A stretch of DNA of 64,000 bases, from the IMG/VR virus record IMGVR_UViG_3300024327_000658; one strand, written 5' to 3'. Within the stretch, counting starts at the first letter, position 1. Each line of letters starts with the position of its first letter. The notes beneath the pieces are model-generated. The model was not told where the DNA came from. It ran no database searches and saw only the letters and a list, made by a program, of their open reading frames with translations. The stretch comes from an uncultured virus (IMG/VR IMGVR_UViG_3300024327_000658). Its lineage: Duplodnaviria; Heunggongvirae; Uroviricota; Caudoviricetes. This document shows, in pieces, positions 18,913 through 27,991 of this stretch. The position numbers and the translations under genes are program-made.

Positions 18913-20009
18913 TCTCTTTCAGGGATCATAGGCTTCATAAATTTGTTATAAACCATAGTATCTTCAACACGGGACTGTAAATTAAGAATGTTTCGTATAT
19001 CTTTACGTGTTTCTGTAAATTGTGTTTTATAGGGTTCTTGAGAATAATAGTTATAATCTTCAGGAATTAAATGACAATAATTACATGGTGTACGGTATGC
19101 TACTCGTTCATCTACAGGACCTATTCTATTATGTAAAGTTATAGAATTATCAAAAATACATATATCATTATTTTGCTGATATTTATGGTGATAAATATAT
19201 TCATCTACAAATAATTCTTTGTCTAAATCATCTAAAAACTTAGTTCTCTCTACGGTGCCAGGAGAATAGTGTAGTCCTTTTATTCCTCCAGGAGATGTAA
19301 TGACCAGTGGAAGTTCAATCGGTTCAAACGTTTGATTCCACCGAAATAAATCATCTTGATCTTTGTCAATTTCAGGCGCAGTTTCATAATTCTGATATTT
19401 AAAAATGATGGTCATATCATCTAATTCTCTTTTAAAAGAATCTCTTTGCTTCTCGTACCAAGAAGCAGTAGTAGCAAATCCTGTTGAAGTACCAACCATT
19501 CCTTTTATGCCCATTAAAGCAATTCCTGGATTAAATACAATTGATCCCGGTTCATTAGAGTGCCAAAGCAATTCTCCTTCAGCAAACATTCCTATGGCCT
19601 TTCCGTTTTCTTTTATACCAGATATACGGTGTAGTTGAGATTTCCAAGGAATCTTTTCCCCTATAAATTCATCACCTCCGGCCCCCATCCAAGCTAAATC
19701 TTCTGCATGTTTTCGGTCTTCGTCTTCTATAAGATTACGTTTAAATAGACTATAGAAATTGCTTATTCCCAATTTCTCTTTATATTTTTTTCTAATCCTA
19801 TATCCATCTAAAATAAAAGGATCACCCCAAAGAATCATTTTTCGTTCAAATTCATTAGGATGAATATCAACACCTCTAATGATTGTTACTAAATCAGTAA
19901 GATGGTCTTTTCCTAGTTCTATCCAATCATTATCAGACATTTCTGCTAATGATATATCATCTATAAATCGACCATAATCACCGAGTCCGGGTATTTTACT
20001 AGTTTTCAT
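18882..20009 (-). CDS. TauD/TfdA-family 2OG-Fe(II) dioxygenase
   Basis: GELLWHSNE, T.FA, C-terminal DICIFDNSITLHNR...R.AYR. Confidence 0.8.
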   Translation of the reverse strand: MKTSKIPGLGDYGRFIDDISLAEMSDNDWIELGKDHLTDLVTIIRGVDIHPNEFERKMILWGDPFILDGYRIRKKYKEKLGISNFYSLFKRNLIEDEDRKHAEDLAWMGAGGDEFIGEKIPWKSQLHRISGIKENGKAIGMFAEGELLWHSNEPGSIVFNPGIALMGIKGMVGTSTGFATTASWYEKQRDSFKRELDDMTIIFKYQNYETAPEIDKDQDDLFRWNQTFEPIELPLVITSPGGIKGLHYSPGTVERTKFLDDLDKELFVDEYIYHHKYQQNNDICIFDNSITLHNRIGPVDERVAYRTPCNYCHLIPEDYNYYSQEPYKTQFTETRKDIRNILNLQSRVEDTMVYNKFMKPMIPEREWKNNDLVRK

Positions 20010-20806
20010 TGCTTACTCCGTTCATATTTTTCATTTCCCATATCTTCTGCAATGTCTTTTATTATATCAAATACTAATTTCTGAAGATCAAAATTATACG
20101 TAAAGATAAATTCATAATAATTTTCACCCGGTAATGGTGCAGTTCGTAATAATGCTGGTTTCCAAAATCCAGTATTAAAACTTAACGTAATTCTATTGTT
20201 CGTTTGTAGAAAATTAAAATTTTCATTATCAACCAATTCATTTTTTTCCCAAACTTTATTAATAGCAGTTCTTAAAAGAGCAGTTAAATAATTTAATCCA
20301 TCAATTGAACACGCTGTCCATGTTACATATGCTCTACTCTGTGATGATTCATTAATTAAATGTCCCTCACATGATCCAAAAGTTCTAATACCATCAAACA
20401 CGTTGAAAACATCAACTAACGGCTTAATGCCCGTTTCTATTTCAAAAGTATCATTGGTCACACCTCCTCCCATAGAACCACTAGACAAATCTTCAGTTGG
20501 CAAAAGGTCTAATTCATTAAATAAGGCTATATCTTCAGTAGAATTTATATCTTTCCAATTATAACCAATTTCATATTTTTTAAGAAATTCACTAAAAACA
20601 CTTATTAATAGTTCATATTTTAGATTAGCATGTCCACAAATTAATACATATTCTTTTTTTCTTTTCGCTCGTTCAATGTCTTGATCATTACCGCTAATCT
20701 TATCTACTAATGAAATTAATAACTTATTTAACAGGTCCACTCGAATTTTCGAATCAGGATCATGTACAATAATATAATTCTGTCTCCACGTATTAATTGT
20801 AATCAT
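20006..20806 (-). CDS. Hypothetical protein with SCEGH motif; paralog of 30644..31465
   Basis: IETGIKPLVDVFNVFDGIRTFGSCEGH...AYV.W. Confidence 0.65.
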   Translation of the reverse strand: MITINTWRQNYIIVHDPDSKIRVDLLNKLLISLVDKISGNDQDIERAKRKKEYVLICGHANLKYELLISVFSEFLKKYEIGYNWKDINSTEDIALFNELDLLPTEDLSSGSMGGGVTNDTFEIETGIKPLVDVFNVFDGIRTFGSCEGHLINESSQSRAYVTWTACSIDGLNYLTALLRTAINKVWEKNELVDNENFNFLQTNNRITLSFNTGFWKPALLRTAPLPGENYYEFIFTYNFDLQKLVFDIIKDIAEDMGNEKYERSKQ

Positions 20807-21591
20807 ATTTTTCTCAAAAATTTCTCTATAATAAAAACATTTAAAAAATCTGTCTCATACCATTTATCTGACATTTTCGTATTATATGCACTAGGATCAT
20901 AATGGTGATTATTATGTAACATTGATCCAGTAAAACCAGACAACCATTGCCCGAGTGTATTGTTTGTACTTTTATCTGTAGTTTCAAAATTACGATAGCC
21001 CCACATGTGTCCTATAGTATTAACTAAACCTCCAGTATGAAGTGTTATAATACTAGGTAATGCAAAAAAGAAAACAGGTATTCTCCAATCAATTAATGCA
21101 GTTAAAACAAGTGGTGGAACAACTATAGTCAAATAATTTCTATGTAATAATTTTAAGAACGGATCTTTCACAAGATCAGCATACAGTCTATGTTCATATA
21201 TTTCCTGTCTCCAATTAGTAAACCATACATCAAAAGGACTTAAATAATGTGGCGAATGAGGATCTTCAGGTGTGTCAGATTTCTCATGATGATATCTATG
21301 AAATGCAACCCACGGAAATTGAGTTCCTTGGTATATAAAGATTCCGCATATAGCCATAAATTTATGGGCCCAAGATTTTGCTTTAAAGCTTCTATGCGCA
21401 AAATATCTATGGGCGCCTATTTCTCCTCCTATATGTCGAAACAATATAACTCCTACAAGAGTTAACCACAGCCAGTACCATGAACTATATAACAATCCTA
21501 TTACTGATGCAATATGAAATAAAATCATGAAGCTAAAATATGCTTGCCATGAATTATTATACTTTGAGATAATTTTTAATAAACTTCCCAC
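20803..21591 (-). CDS. Membrane fatty-acid desaturase (Delta9/DesC-like) no. 3
   Basis: His boxes HRYFAH, HRYHH, HNNHH; DPHSP; hydrophobic segments. Confidence 0.92.
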   Translation of the reverse strand: MGSLLKIISKYNNSWQAYFSFMILFHIASVIGLLYSSWYWLWLTLVGVILFRHIGGEIGAHRYFAHRSFKAKSWAHKFMAICGIFIYQGTQFPWVAFHRYHHEKSDTPEDPHSPHYLSPFDVWFTNWRQEIYEHRLYADLVKDPFLKLLHRNYLTIVVPPLVLTALIDWRIPVFFFALPSIITLHTGGLVNTIGHMWGYRNFETTDKSTNNTLGQWLSGFTGSMLHNNHHYDPSAYNTKMSDKWYETDFLNVFIIEKFLRKI

Positions 21592-22294
21592 AATAGTCCC
21601 TTTCTTTTCCTGTTACATTTTCATCCCAATTACTAGGATCTTGATGATGATTATTATGCAATCCACTTCCTAATGTTAAATCATTAACCCACCAATTGTT
21701 TGTACTTTTATCTGTAGTTTCAAAATTACGATAACCCCATTTATGACATACAATATTAACTAATGCCGCGCCATGAATAATTCCTACACTGGGTATACTA
21801 ATTAAAAACACAGGCAATCTCCAATCTATTAATGACAATAGTAAAAAAGTTATACCTATGATATAAAAATAATATTTATGGCTTTTTTTGTATATCGGAT
21901 CTTTTAATAAATCAGCATAGTGTTTTATGGGCAAATTAACTTTCCGCCACAATGTTAACCAAACCCTCCACCAAGAAATAATATGAGGTGAATGGGGATC
22001 TAATTCTTCATCAGAATTCATATGGTGGGCCCTATGCGCTATAGCCCAGGAGATAGGGGAACCATAACAATTAAATATTCCTAATGTTGATAACAAAAAA
22101 TGTCTTATTGGACCTGTCTCAAAAGAGTTATGCGCAACATACCTATGATTACCTATTTCACTTCCAAATTTACCAAACAATAAAAATCCAATAGGAATCC
22201 ATAGATACCACGGCAATGGAGAATATATAATTCCTATTACTGCTAAAATATGATTCAATATCAAAAGTATTCTTACACCTATTTGATGTGTCAT
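21557..22294 (-). CDS. Membrane fatty-acid desaturase (Delta9/DesC-like) no. 2
   Basis: His boxes HRYVAH, HRAHH, HNNHH. The ATG at 22294 (ATGA overlap) is preferred over the track start at 22345. Confidence 0.92.
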   Translation of the reverse strand: MTHQIGVRILLILNHILAVIGIIYSPLPWYLWIPIGFLLFGKFGSEIGNHRYVAHNSFETGPIRHFLLSTLGIFNCYGSPISWAIAHRAHHMNSDEELDPHSPHIISWWRVWLTLWRKVNLPIKHYADLLKDPIYKKSHKYYFYIIGITFLLLSLIDWRLPVFLISIPSVGIIHGAALVNIVCHKWGYRNFETTDKSTNNWWVNDLTLGSGLHNNHHQDPSNWDENVTGKERDYCGKFIKNYLKV

Positions 22295-22563
22295 TTTGAT
22301 AGAAAATCCGCACTCTGTAAAGTTTGTGCTAATTGCTGTTGCCACAAAGTTACATCTCCTGTAACTTTTCCGCGACTTGTTAAATTAAACTGTTCGGATA
22401 AATTATTCAAACAGTCCAATATTATTTCTTCTTTCTTATTTTCTGGTTGACCCGCAGTTGCAATAAGAGCAATCCATTCCTGACATCCACCCGGGTATGA
22501 ACCATAAATCGTATTTTCAAGTGATGTCTTTAATATTTCACTTACTTTTTCTATATTGCCCAT
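22291..22563 (-). CDS. Hypothetical protein (~90 aa)
   Basis: GGAG Shine-Dalgarno before the ATG at 22563; coupled to the desaturase downstream. Confidence 0.55.
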   Translation of the reverse strand: MGNIEKVSEILKTSLENTIYGSYPGGCQEWIALIATAGQPENKKEEIILDCLNNLSEQFNLTSRGKVTGDVTLWQQQLAQTLQSADFLSK

Positions 22564-22564
22564 G

Positions 22565-23341
22565 TTATTCTCCAAAATCATGATAAGTTTGTTTTTCTGT
22601 TATTGATTCTTTCACTCTGATATCGTTCCATTGCTGTTTTGTCATTCCATGTACTTGAGATTCGTGATCTATGTCCATAAACATGATCAAACTATGTCGT
22701 TCTTTTTTTGTTGAATTTGATACCCTATGGGGAGTAGATTTTAATTTATTTTGGGTCCACCACTGCATAAAATCACCACAATTAACTATTATAAAATCAT
22801 CACCAGGATGTTTTATCAAAGTCCATTCGCCATCAATGCATACTTCATATTCTTCTACAGGATCACATACATGCACTAATGTCAATGTTCCGAAATCACA
22901 ATGACTGCCTAATCGATTATTTCCTATTTGATCTTTATAATATTTTACAAATATCAAATCATTACTTGATTTCTCGTGTTTCAGTGTTATTGAATTAGGC
23001 GGCAATTTCATATATTCTTCAATAGCATATAATATATCACACCCAACTTTTATATATTGGCTCCTTATAGTATTTACGCACTCCCAATCATCAGACATAT
23101 TTTTTAGAACAACTCTTTCGTTTGCTTCTCCGGGAAACCTTTTTGAACTTGATCGACCTTCTTCGTACATAGGTAATGTCTTTAAATCCGCCGCTTTTAA
23201 TTTTTCACGTAATTGTTCTAATGATCCTTTCATATCAATAAAAGGATTTACTACTAATAAAAAACCAGTATTTTTAAAACTATCTACAATTGATTTAGAA
23301 TTCCAATCAGACGAATTAAATACTATTGAACTTGGAGCCAT
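22565..23341 (-). CDS. 2OG-Fe(II) oxygenase, isopenicillin-N-synthase-like (DIOX) family
   Basis: GFLLVVN, HCDFGTLT (HxD), NCGDFMQWWT, STPHRV, RHS (RxS). Confidence 0.9.
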   Translation of the reverse strand: MAPSSIVFNSSDWNSKSIVDSFKNTGFLLVVNPFIDMKGSLEQLREKLKAADLKTLPMYEEGRSSSKRFPGEANERVVLKNMSDDWECVNTIRSQYIKVGCDILYAIEEYMKLPPNSITLKHEKSSNDLIFVKYYKDQIGNNRLGSHCDFGTLTLVHVCDPVEEYEVCIDGEWTLIKHPGDDFIIVNCGDFMQWWTQNKLKSTPHRVSNSTKKERHSLIMFMDIDHESQVHGMTKQQWNDIRVKESITEKQTYHDFGE

Positions 23342-24081
23342 TTTATAAACCTTGCGCCGGGATCGATTTCACCAAAACGATATTTATTTTGGTCATTATG
23401 ATGATTCAAGTGCCACCCCTCTCCACCTGTTATCAATGCTATCAATAAATTATTAGAAGGTTCACCATGTCTATGACAATAAGCATTTATAAGACCGTAT
23501 CCGTGATTTGCAAATACAATAGGAAGACAATAACCAAATACTAACAATAAAGGATCTATTAAAAAAAATATTAATATGATTAATGCATGTAATTTAAGAT
23601 AATTATCATAAAACCATTTTAAACTAGAATTTTTACTAAGACTTAACCAATCTTTAAGGTCTTCTCTTTCTGTTGGTATATACCTAAATCCTGCTTGAAA
23701 CCAACCACTTGTATATACCCACCAAAAACCCTTATGTTTCGGACTATGTGGATCTTTCTCTGTATCGACGTATTTATGATGATCCCTGTGAACACCTATC
23801 CATACTAATGCGGGTCCAGGATTTCCGAATAATCCAATAATTTGACTATAAATTTCATACCACTTGCCGATCTTAAAACTATTATGAGTCCAATATCTAT
23901 GGTAGCCACTTGTGCCAGCAGTTATATGAACAAATTGCCACCATATAAAACTATACAATAACATCCACCATTCGCCATAAATTATTGCGGGTATAATAAC
24001 TAAATGACAAAATACATTAATAGACCAAATACTATACCTGTTTAATGTAGCATTTTTTTCTAATGAGCCCATATATAACAA
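23323..24081 (-). CDS. Membrane fatty-acid desaturase (Delta9/DesC-like) no. 1
   Basis: His boxes HRYWTH, HRDHH, GEGWHLNHH; DPHSP. The likely start is the ATG at 24072. Confidence 0.92.
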   Translation of the reverse strand: MLYMGSLEKNATLNRYSIWSINVFCHLVIIPAIIYGEWWMLLYSFIWWQFVHITAGTSGYHRYWTHNSFKIGKWYEIYSQIIGLFGNPGPALVWIGVHRDHHKYVDTEKDPHSPKHKGFWWVYTSGWFQAGFRYIPTEREDLKDWLSLSKNSSLKWFYDNYLKLHALIILIFFLIDPLLLVFGYCLPIVFANHGYGLINAYCHRHGEPSNNLLIALITGGEGWHLNHHNDQNKYRFGEIDPGARFIKWLQVQ

Positions 24082-24434
24082 ACTCCTACTACATATTCAT
24101 CTGTATCAGACAATGATATTCTTACATCTTGTCTTGGGCCTTTGTATTCTTTCGATACTGAAGCATGTACAACAGGAAATCGAACCCCCCTGCTTGTCAA
24201 ATGCATGTAACTAACATCTAATCTTAAATAAGGTGAAGCTATTGCTTTAGAATATGCTTCCTTAACACACCAACATTTAGTTAAATATCTAGCAGTCATA
24301 GGACTGGGCGCATTTCTTTTTTCAATATCTGTTAATATTTTATTAACAAATTTGTCTCCCCATTTATCATATATCTTTTGAATAGGTTCGATTGTTTGTA
24401 AATCAATACCTATTAAATTTTCTCTAGCAGACAT
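24060..24434 (-). CDS. acpS: Holo-ACP synthase (AcpS-type phosphopantetheinyl transferase)
   Basis: IGIDL, F..KILT..E, WCVKEAYSKA, ISLSD; 124 aa, the size of AcpS. Confidence 0.85.
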   Translation of the reverse strand: MSARENLIGIDLQTIEPIQKIYDKWGDKFVNKILTDIEKRNAPSPMTARYLTKCWCVKEAYSKAIASPYLRLDVSYMHLTSRGVRFPVVHASVSKEYKGPRQDVRISLSDTDEYVVGVCYIWAH

Positions 24435-25441
24435 AAATCAACTTGAAATCCTGGTCCATAAGAAATCATAACCAGTTTTCCTTCTTTCATAAAATCATTT
24501 TGTAAGGTTTTTATTACACTTGTGGCAGACATATTACCAAATAATCTAAACATCTCAAAAGAAGAATCTAATGCACCGTCAGGTAAATTTAATCCTTCTG
24601 CAGTATTTTGCAAAACAACTTTTCCACCAGGATGACATATCCAATGATCAATATCATGACCTTTAATAAATTCTTCTACTTTTGGTAATAACGCATCAGC
24701 GGCTTTTGGTAGTTCCTGCAATTTAGTAGATTCTACATTATATAATAATCCTGCACTTGTTCCTTCAAGAGTAATAAAATCTTCTGTATCAGGTAAAATA
24801 TGAGATGCATGTTTAAGTACTTTCCAACCTCCGTGTTCATAATCATCACCAGCCATTAAAATAGCACTTACACCATCACCGAAAATAGTAATACCAAATA
24901 CTGTAGTAAGAGAACGATCTTCAGGATTTAAATTCATTGAAACTAAATCATTAGTGAGACAAATTACTACTTTAGTTGGGTTTGCTTTTAAAAATTCATC
25001 TGCAATTTGTATCACATGCGTACCACCATTACACGCTAAACCAAACATGGGTATTTTAATTACAGAATCAGGAAAATCAAAATGACTAAGCAATTTATGT
25101 GGTACAGTAGGAATTCCTACACCTGTCATTGTTGTAGATGTTATCATACACACATCTTCGGGAACAAGAAGGTCCAATTCCAATACTGCTTCTAATGATA
25201 ACTTATGTACTACTTCATTAAATGTTTTATTTTTTTGCGTAAAAGTTTGAGACTGTTCCCGCATTGTCTCAATAGGATAACAAGTATGTCTATATTCAAC
25301 TCCTGTCAATGGCATATATCTGTCAAATACTCTACCCGAATAACCTTTTTCTTGCCACCATTCTTTCAGCTTTACTTTGAAGTCATCATTATGTAATCGA
25401 TTTTCAGGATGTTTAGTTACTATTTGTAAAATTTTACTCAT
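24413..25441 (-). CDS. Type III polyketide synthase (chalcone-synthase fold)
   Basis: Catalytic triad Cys (GLACNGG), His (WICHPGG), Asn (FGNMSATS); also FGDG and SYGPGF. Confidence 0.9.
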   Translation of the reverse strand: MSKILQIVTKHPENRLHNDDFKVKLKEWWQEKGYSGRVFDRYMPLTGVEYRHTCYPIETMREQSQTFTQKNKTFNEVVHKLSLEAVLELDLLVPEDVCMITSTTMTGVGIPTVPHKLLSHFDFPDSVIKIPMFGLACNGGTHVIQIADEFLKANPTKVVICLTNDLVSMNLNPEDRSLTTVFGITIFGDGVSAILMAGDDYEHGGWKVLKHASHILPDTEDFITLEGTSAGLLYNVESTKLQELPKAADALLPKVEEFIKGHDIDHWICHPGGKVVLQNTAEGLNLPDGALDSSFEMFRLFGNMSATSVIKTLQNDFMKEGKLVMISYGPGFQVDLCLLEKI

Positions 25442-26043
25442 TCTGCCTCTATTGTCATTTCTCTAATACGACCACTAAAATTAATCATATGATCTATACA
25501 TTCTACACATTGTTCAGGAGAAAGCATATTTGGTTCTAGCTTATGATCATATACTCGATTTACGAGAGTTGCCAATCTTGTTGTTCTTGGAGTTTCCACC
25601 CAACCAGGTCTTAGTAGTGAAATTTTACATCCGTTATGTTTTGCAGTCTTTTCATAACATTCTAGATTAATTTTATCAAGTGATATTTTACCTGCTGTAT
25701 AACGACTATGGCCTATAGGATAATCATCTGTATCTTTTTCAGATGCGATAGAACTAACAGAGATTATATGTTTATTTGGATCATCTTTCCATAAATGAAA
25801 AACGAATAAAAGTGCTTGTGTTTGAGCCCACCATTTGTAGTCATTATATGCATTGTTTATGAATATATCACCTTTAGGATCAAACCATTCTTTAATATGT
25901 TCTATATCATGTTTATTATATCGCCTACTATGACCTTCTACCTCAATTAAGTCTTTGTATTTTGCGAGATAATTTCCATCATATTTTTCACTTAGTGCTT
26001 TTCCTATACCGGAAGTCACACCAGTTATAATCATTTTACGCAT
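25438..26043 (-). CDS. Short-chain dehydrogenase/reductase
   Basis: ITGVTSGIG, FINNA, catalytic YTAGK, PGWVET. Confidence 0.88.
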   Translation of the reverse strand: MRKMIITGVTSGIGKALSEKYDGNYLAKYKDLIEVEGHSRRYNKHDIEHIKEWFDPKGDIFINNAYNDYKWWAQTQALLFVFHLWKDDPNKHIISVSSIASEKDTDDYPIGHSRYTAGKISLDKINLECYEKTAKHNGCKISLLRPGWVETPRTTRLATLVNRVYDHKLEPNMLSPEQCVECIDHMINFSGRIREMTIEAE

Positions 26044-26287
26044 TTGCTTTTCGCTCTACCATATTATATAAATCGTTTATTGTTGTTGCTTTTTGAAACT
26101 CTTCTGCATCTAAGGCAATATTAAAAGTATCTTCAATAATTATCATTGTTTCTAAAATATGAATAGAATCAATTTCTAAATCTAAAGCAATTTTACTATC
26201 GGACTTTATCTCTGGAAAATCAATACCCGCGGCCGCTTCTTCAAACGCGGATTTACATTTTTCTTCAATTTCTTGTCGTGTGTACAT
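26036..26287 (-). CDS. acpP: Acyl carrier protein
   Basis: 83 aa, acidic; DLEIDSIHILE (Ppant Ser), IEDTFNI, TINDL. Confidence 0.88.
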   Translation of the reverse strand: MYTRQEIEEKCKSAFEEAAAGIDFPEIKSDSKIALDLEIDSIHILETMIIIEDTFNIALDAEEFQKATTINDLYNMVERKANA

Positions 26288-27047
26288 CGTATAAATCCTC
26301 TTCAGTTATTTGTTCAATGGGTTCAGCAATATAATTAAGGTCACTATGTTTTCCTGTTAATCCGTAAGCATCTGAATGATGACATAATTTATAAGACCCC
26401 TCTTTATATCCTGCTATGCTAATTAATAAATTAAACCGAGCTGTTAAACCGGCATTAATTACAGTATGATTAATGCAACTATCATCTTGATAAGAACTCC
26501 CATCTGCTGGTAAATAATATGATTGATCGTCAATAACAAAACGACATCCTGCATTAACTTCAAGGGGTATATGTATATTTTCAAAACTATCTTGATGCCA
26601 ATTTATAGTAGTTAAAGGGTTTAACATCGTTATTCTAACTCGGTCTATCTCATAATATATAGACAACTTTTTATAAATGTTATGAAATTCTGTATCTAAA
26701 TAATCTTCATTAAAAATAGTATAATCTTTACGTGTTTCAAATCTTTTTAATTTTCTATTAAAATTTGTCCCATCATGTATTATGCGCTTTAATATATTGT
26801 ACTTATAACCAGAAGAAGATGAAAAAACTGATGGTCTTTGAGGACAAAAACTTCTTACAGAATCATATAGTCTTTGTTCTGGTAAACAGTCTTTTGAATG
26901 TAAAAGTCCCAATACATAAGCATCATTAAAGTCGTCTCTTGTATTGAGATCCCATGGAGCGAATAAAGATTTTAGCGGCTGAAGTTCTTTTTGTAAACGA
27001 TCTATATCAAATTCCCAAGGTAATTTTTTTACATAAATTGGTCTCAT
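26265..27047 (-). CDS. Aspartyl/asparaginyl beta-hydroxylase-like 2OG-Fe(II) oxygenase
   Basis: RVRITML.P, WHQD, IHIPL, HTVINAG..ARFNLL. Confidence 0.75.
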   Translation of the reverse strand: MRPIYVKKLPWEFDIDRLQKELQPLKSLFAPWDLNTRDDFNDAYVLGLLHSKDCLPEQRLYDSVRSFCPQRPSVFSSSSGYKYNILKRIIHDGTNFNRKLKRFETRKDYTIFNEDYLDTEFHNIYKKLSIYYEIDRVRITMLNPLTTINWHQDSFENIHIPLEVNAGCRFVIDDQSYYLPADGSSYQDDSCINHTVINAGLTARFNLLISIAGYKEGSYKLCHHSDAYGLTGKHSDLNYIAEPIEQITEEDLYDVHTTRN

Positions 27048-27781
27048 TGTTGATGTATATCAAATTCAAGCATTTCACAAGCAGTTTCTAATTCAGTAAT
27101 AGTATCCAAATCTGTTTCCTGGAGCTGACTAAATGTTTCTCTAATATATGCCAGAAGATCCGTTTGTTGTACAGAAGTTAAATTTGCTAAAACATATTTA
27201 TTTTCTTCATCCATAGCATCATATCTTATCGCAGAATCATAATGATTTTTATATATGATCATCATTTTTAAAAAATAGGAATATTTTGAATACGATAAAC
27301 TTAATAATTTATCCTGAAGTGATTTAGTATCAGGATCAAGCCATGAACCGGTTTCTAATTCATCTGCTGACGGACCCCTTGCGGAACCATCATCATGTGT
27401 TCCGGGATTATCTGATATCCATGATAACCAATTATCACGCATAAATGATGTACAATATTTTGTACTAGCATTTAATCTTTCATCAGTAAACCATGATATA
27501 TCTTGTTGCGATAAAAAAGTTCTACTGAAAACGGGTTCTGCATCTTCGAAGATATTAGACGGGTTTAAAATGCATCCTTGATACTTAAACATATAAGTTC
27601 TATCTAACCATTGATCTTCTGTAATACCACATTCCAAATACACATCTTTATTGGTTATTAAAATATCAACTATATCATTAAACCTAGCAATATCATCACT
27701 CTCCATTAGAACCATAATTTGTCGGTCAGCCTTTAATTGTTTCCAGCTAGGATTACTTTTAAATACTTCGGCTTCAGCCAT
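27044..27781 (-). CDS. Hypothetical protein
   Basis: 245-aa acidic ORF, coupled at both ends. Confidence 0.65.
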   Translation of the reverse strand: MAEAEVFKSNPSWKQLKADRQIMVLMESDDIARFNDIVDILITNKDVYLECGITEDQWLDRTYMFKYQGCILNPSNIFEDAEPVFSRTFLSQQDISWFTDERLNASTKYCTSFMRDNWLSWISDNPGTHDDGSARGPSADELETGSWLDPDTKSLQDKLLSLSYSKYSYFLKMMIIYKNHYDSAIRYDAMDEENKYVLANLTSVQQTDLLAYIRETFSQLQETDLDTITELETACEMLEFDIHQQ

Positions 27782-27991
27782 TTAAATGCTTTCCATTCTA
27801 CGTGTATATCTATCTTTTAGCTCATTAAAATTAGATGTCAAATTAGCAGAAATAAATATAGACTCTGTTGAGTCTAAAAAGTTCAATATTTTTTGATATC
27901 CGTTTTTTGTGAAATCTTCACTTTCTATTTTATTTATTTTAAATAAAATAGTTTCAAACGATAGGTTTTTTAAGTTTACAATTTTACTCAT
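27782..27991 (-). CDS. Hypothetical protein
   Basis: 69-aa ORF abutting or overlapping both neighbours. Confidence 0.5.
   Translation of the reverse strand: MSKIVNLKNLSFETILFKINKIESEDFTKNGYQKILNFLDSTESIFISANLTSNFNELKDRYTRRMESI

Noticed and set aside
20803..26287. A canonical polyyne or terminal-alkyne cluster
   Set aside because: No fatty acyl-AMP ligase, thioesterase or rubredoxin is recognisable, and the desaturases look Delta9-like. Kept only as an analogy.
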